Position numbers and translations under genes: made by a program. The notes under the pieces are model-generated. The model ran no database searches and was not told the origin of the DNA. It saw only the letters and a list, made by a program, of their open reading frames with translations. A stretch of DNA of 64,000 nt, taken from an uncultured Chloroflexia bacterium (lineage in GTDB: Bacteria > Chloroflexota > UBA6077 > JACCZL01). This document shows, one piece after another, positions 63,949-64,000 of the stretch (positions are counted from its first letter, which is position 1; each line of letters starts with the position of its first letter). The stretch lies in assembly GCA_963765765.1 (NCBI GenBank), contig CAVXYC010000014.1, positions 128,001 through 192,000 on the forward strand. The letters are read 5' to 3'.

Positions 63949-64000
63949 CGGGGCATCCCTCACAGGCGTGCTCTCGGCACGTCGTGCGAAAGATGTGCAG

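Overview
GC-rich bacterial chromosome segment, most likely Chloroflexota (inferred from a GAAC-N4-GTTC LexA box, F420 genes with a stand-alone FbiB-C nitroreductase, multi-GAF kinase, several GT-C glycosyltransferases and leaderless promoters). About 50 CDSs: ABC solute-binding protein, ECF42/YCII pair, hydantoinase A/B + PhtD-like + amidohydrolase + cupin catabolic cluster, FHA-LCP fusion, monomeric icd and mdh, four GT39-like membrane glycosyltransferases with a GH63 and an SGNH protein, yitJ, selA/selB, ECF sigma/anti-sigma, S41 protease, ComDE-like decarboxylase, PAS/5xGAF kinase + NarL regulator, SOS-boxed radical SAM, cofE/pgl/nitroreductase, queuosine-precursor transporter, ppc, trxA and a secreted glycoside hydrolase. 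At least 15 genes, including core ones, carry single-base indels, probably long-read consensus errors. No rRNA, tRNA, CRISPR array or transposase was seen. Most notable observations: (1) a ~275-nt minus-strand transcription unit (47928-48202) with its own sigma70 promoter and terminator, a multi-helix fold with a pseudoknot and a 17-19 codon ORF, which I cannot assign to a known RNA family; (2) a fully signalled 35-aa acidic peptide gene (30075-30182); (3) two different palindromic REP-like elements inserted in frame inside one glycosyltransferase gene, part of a diverse set of REP-like palindromes.
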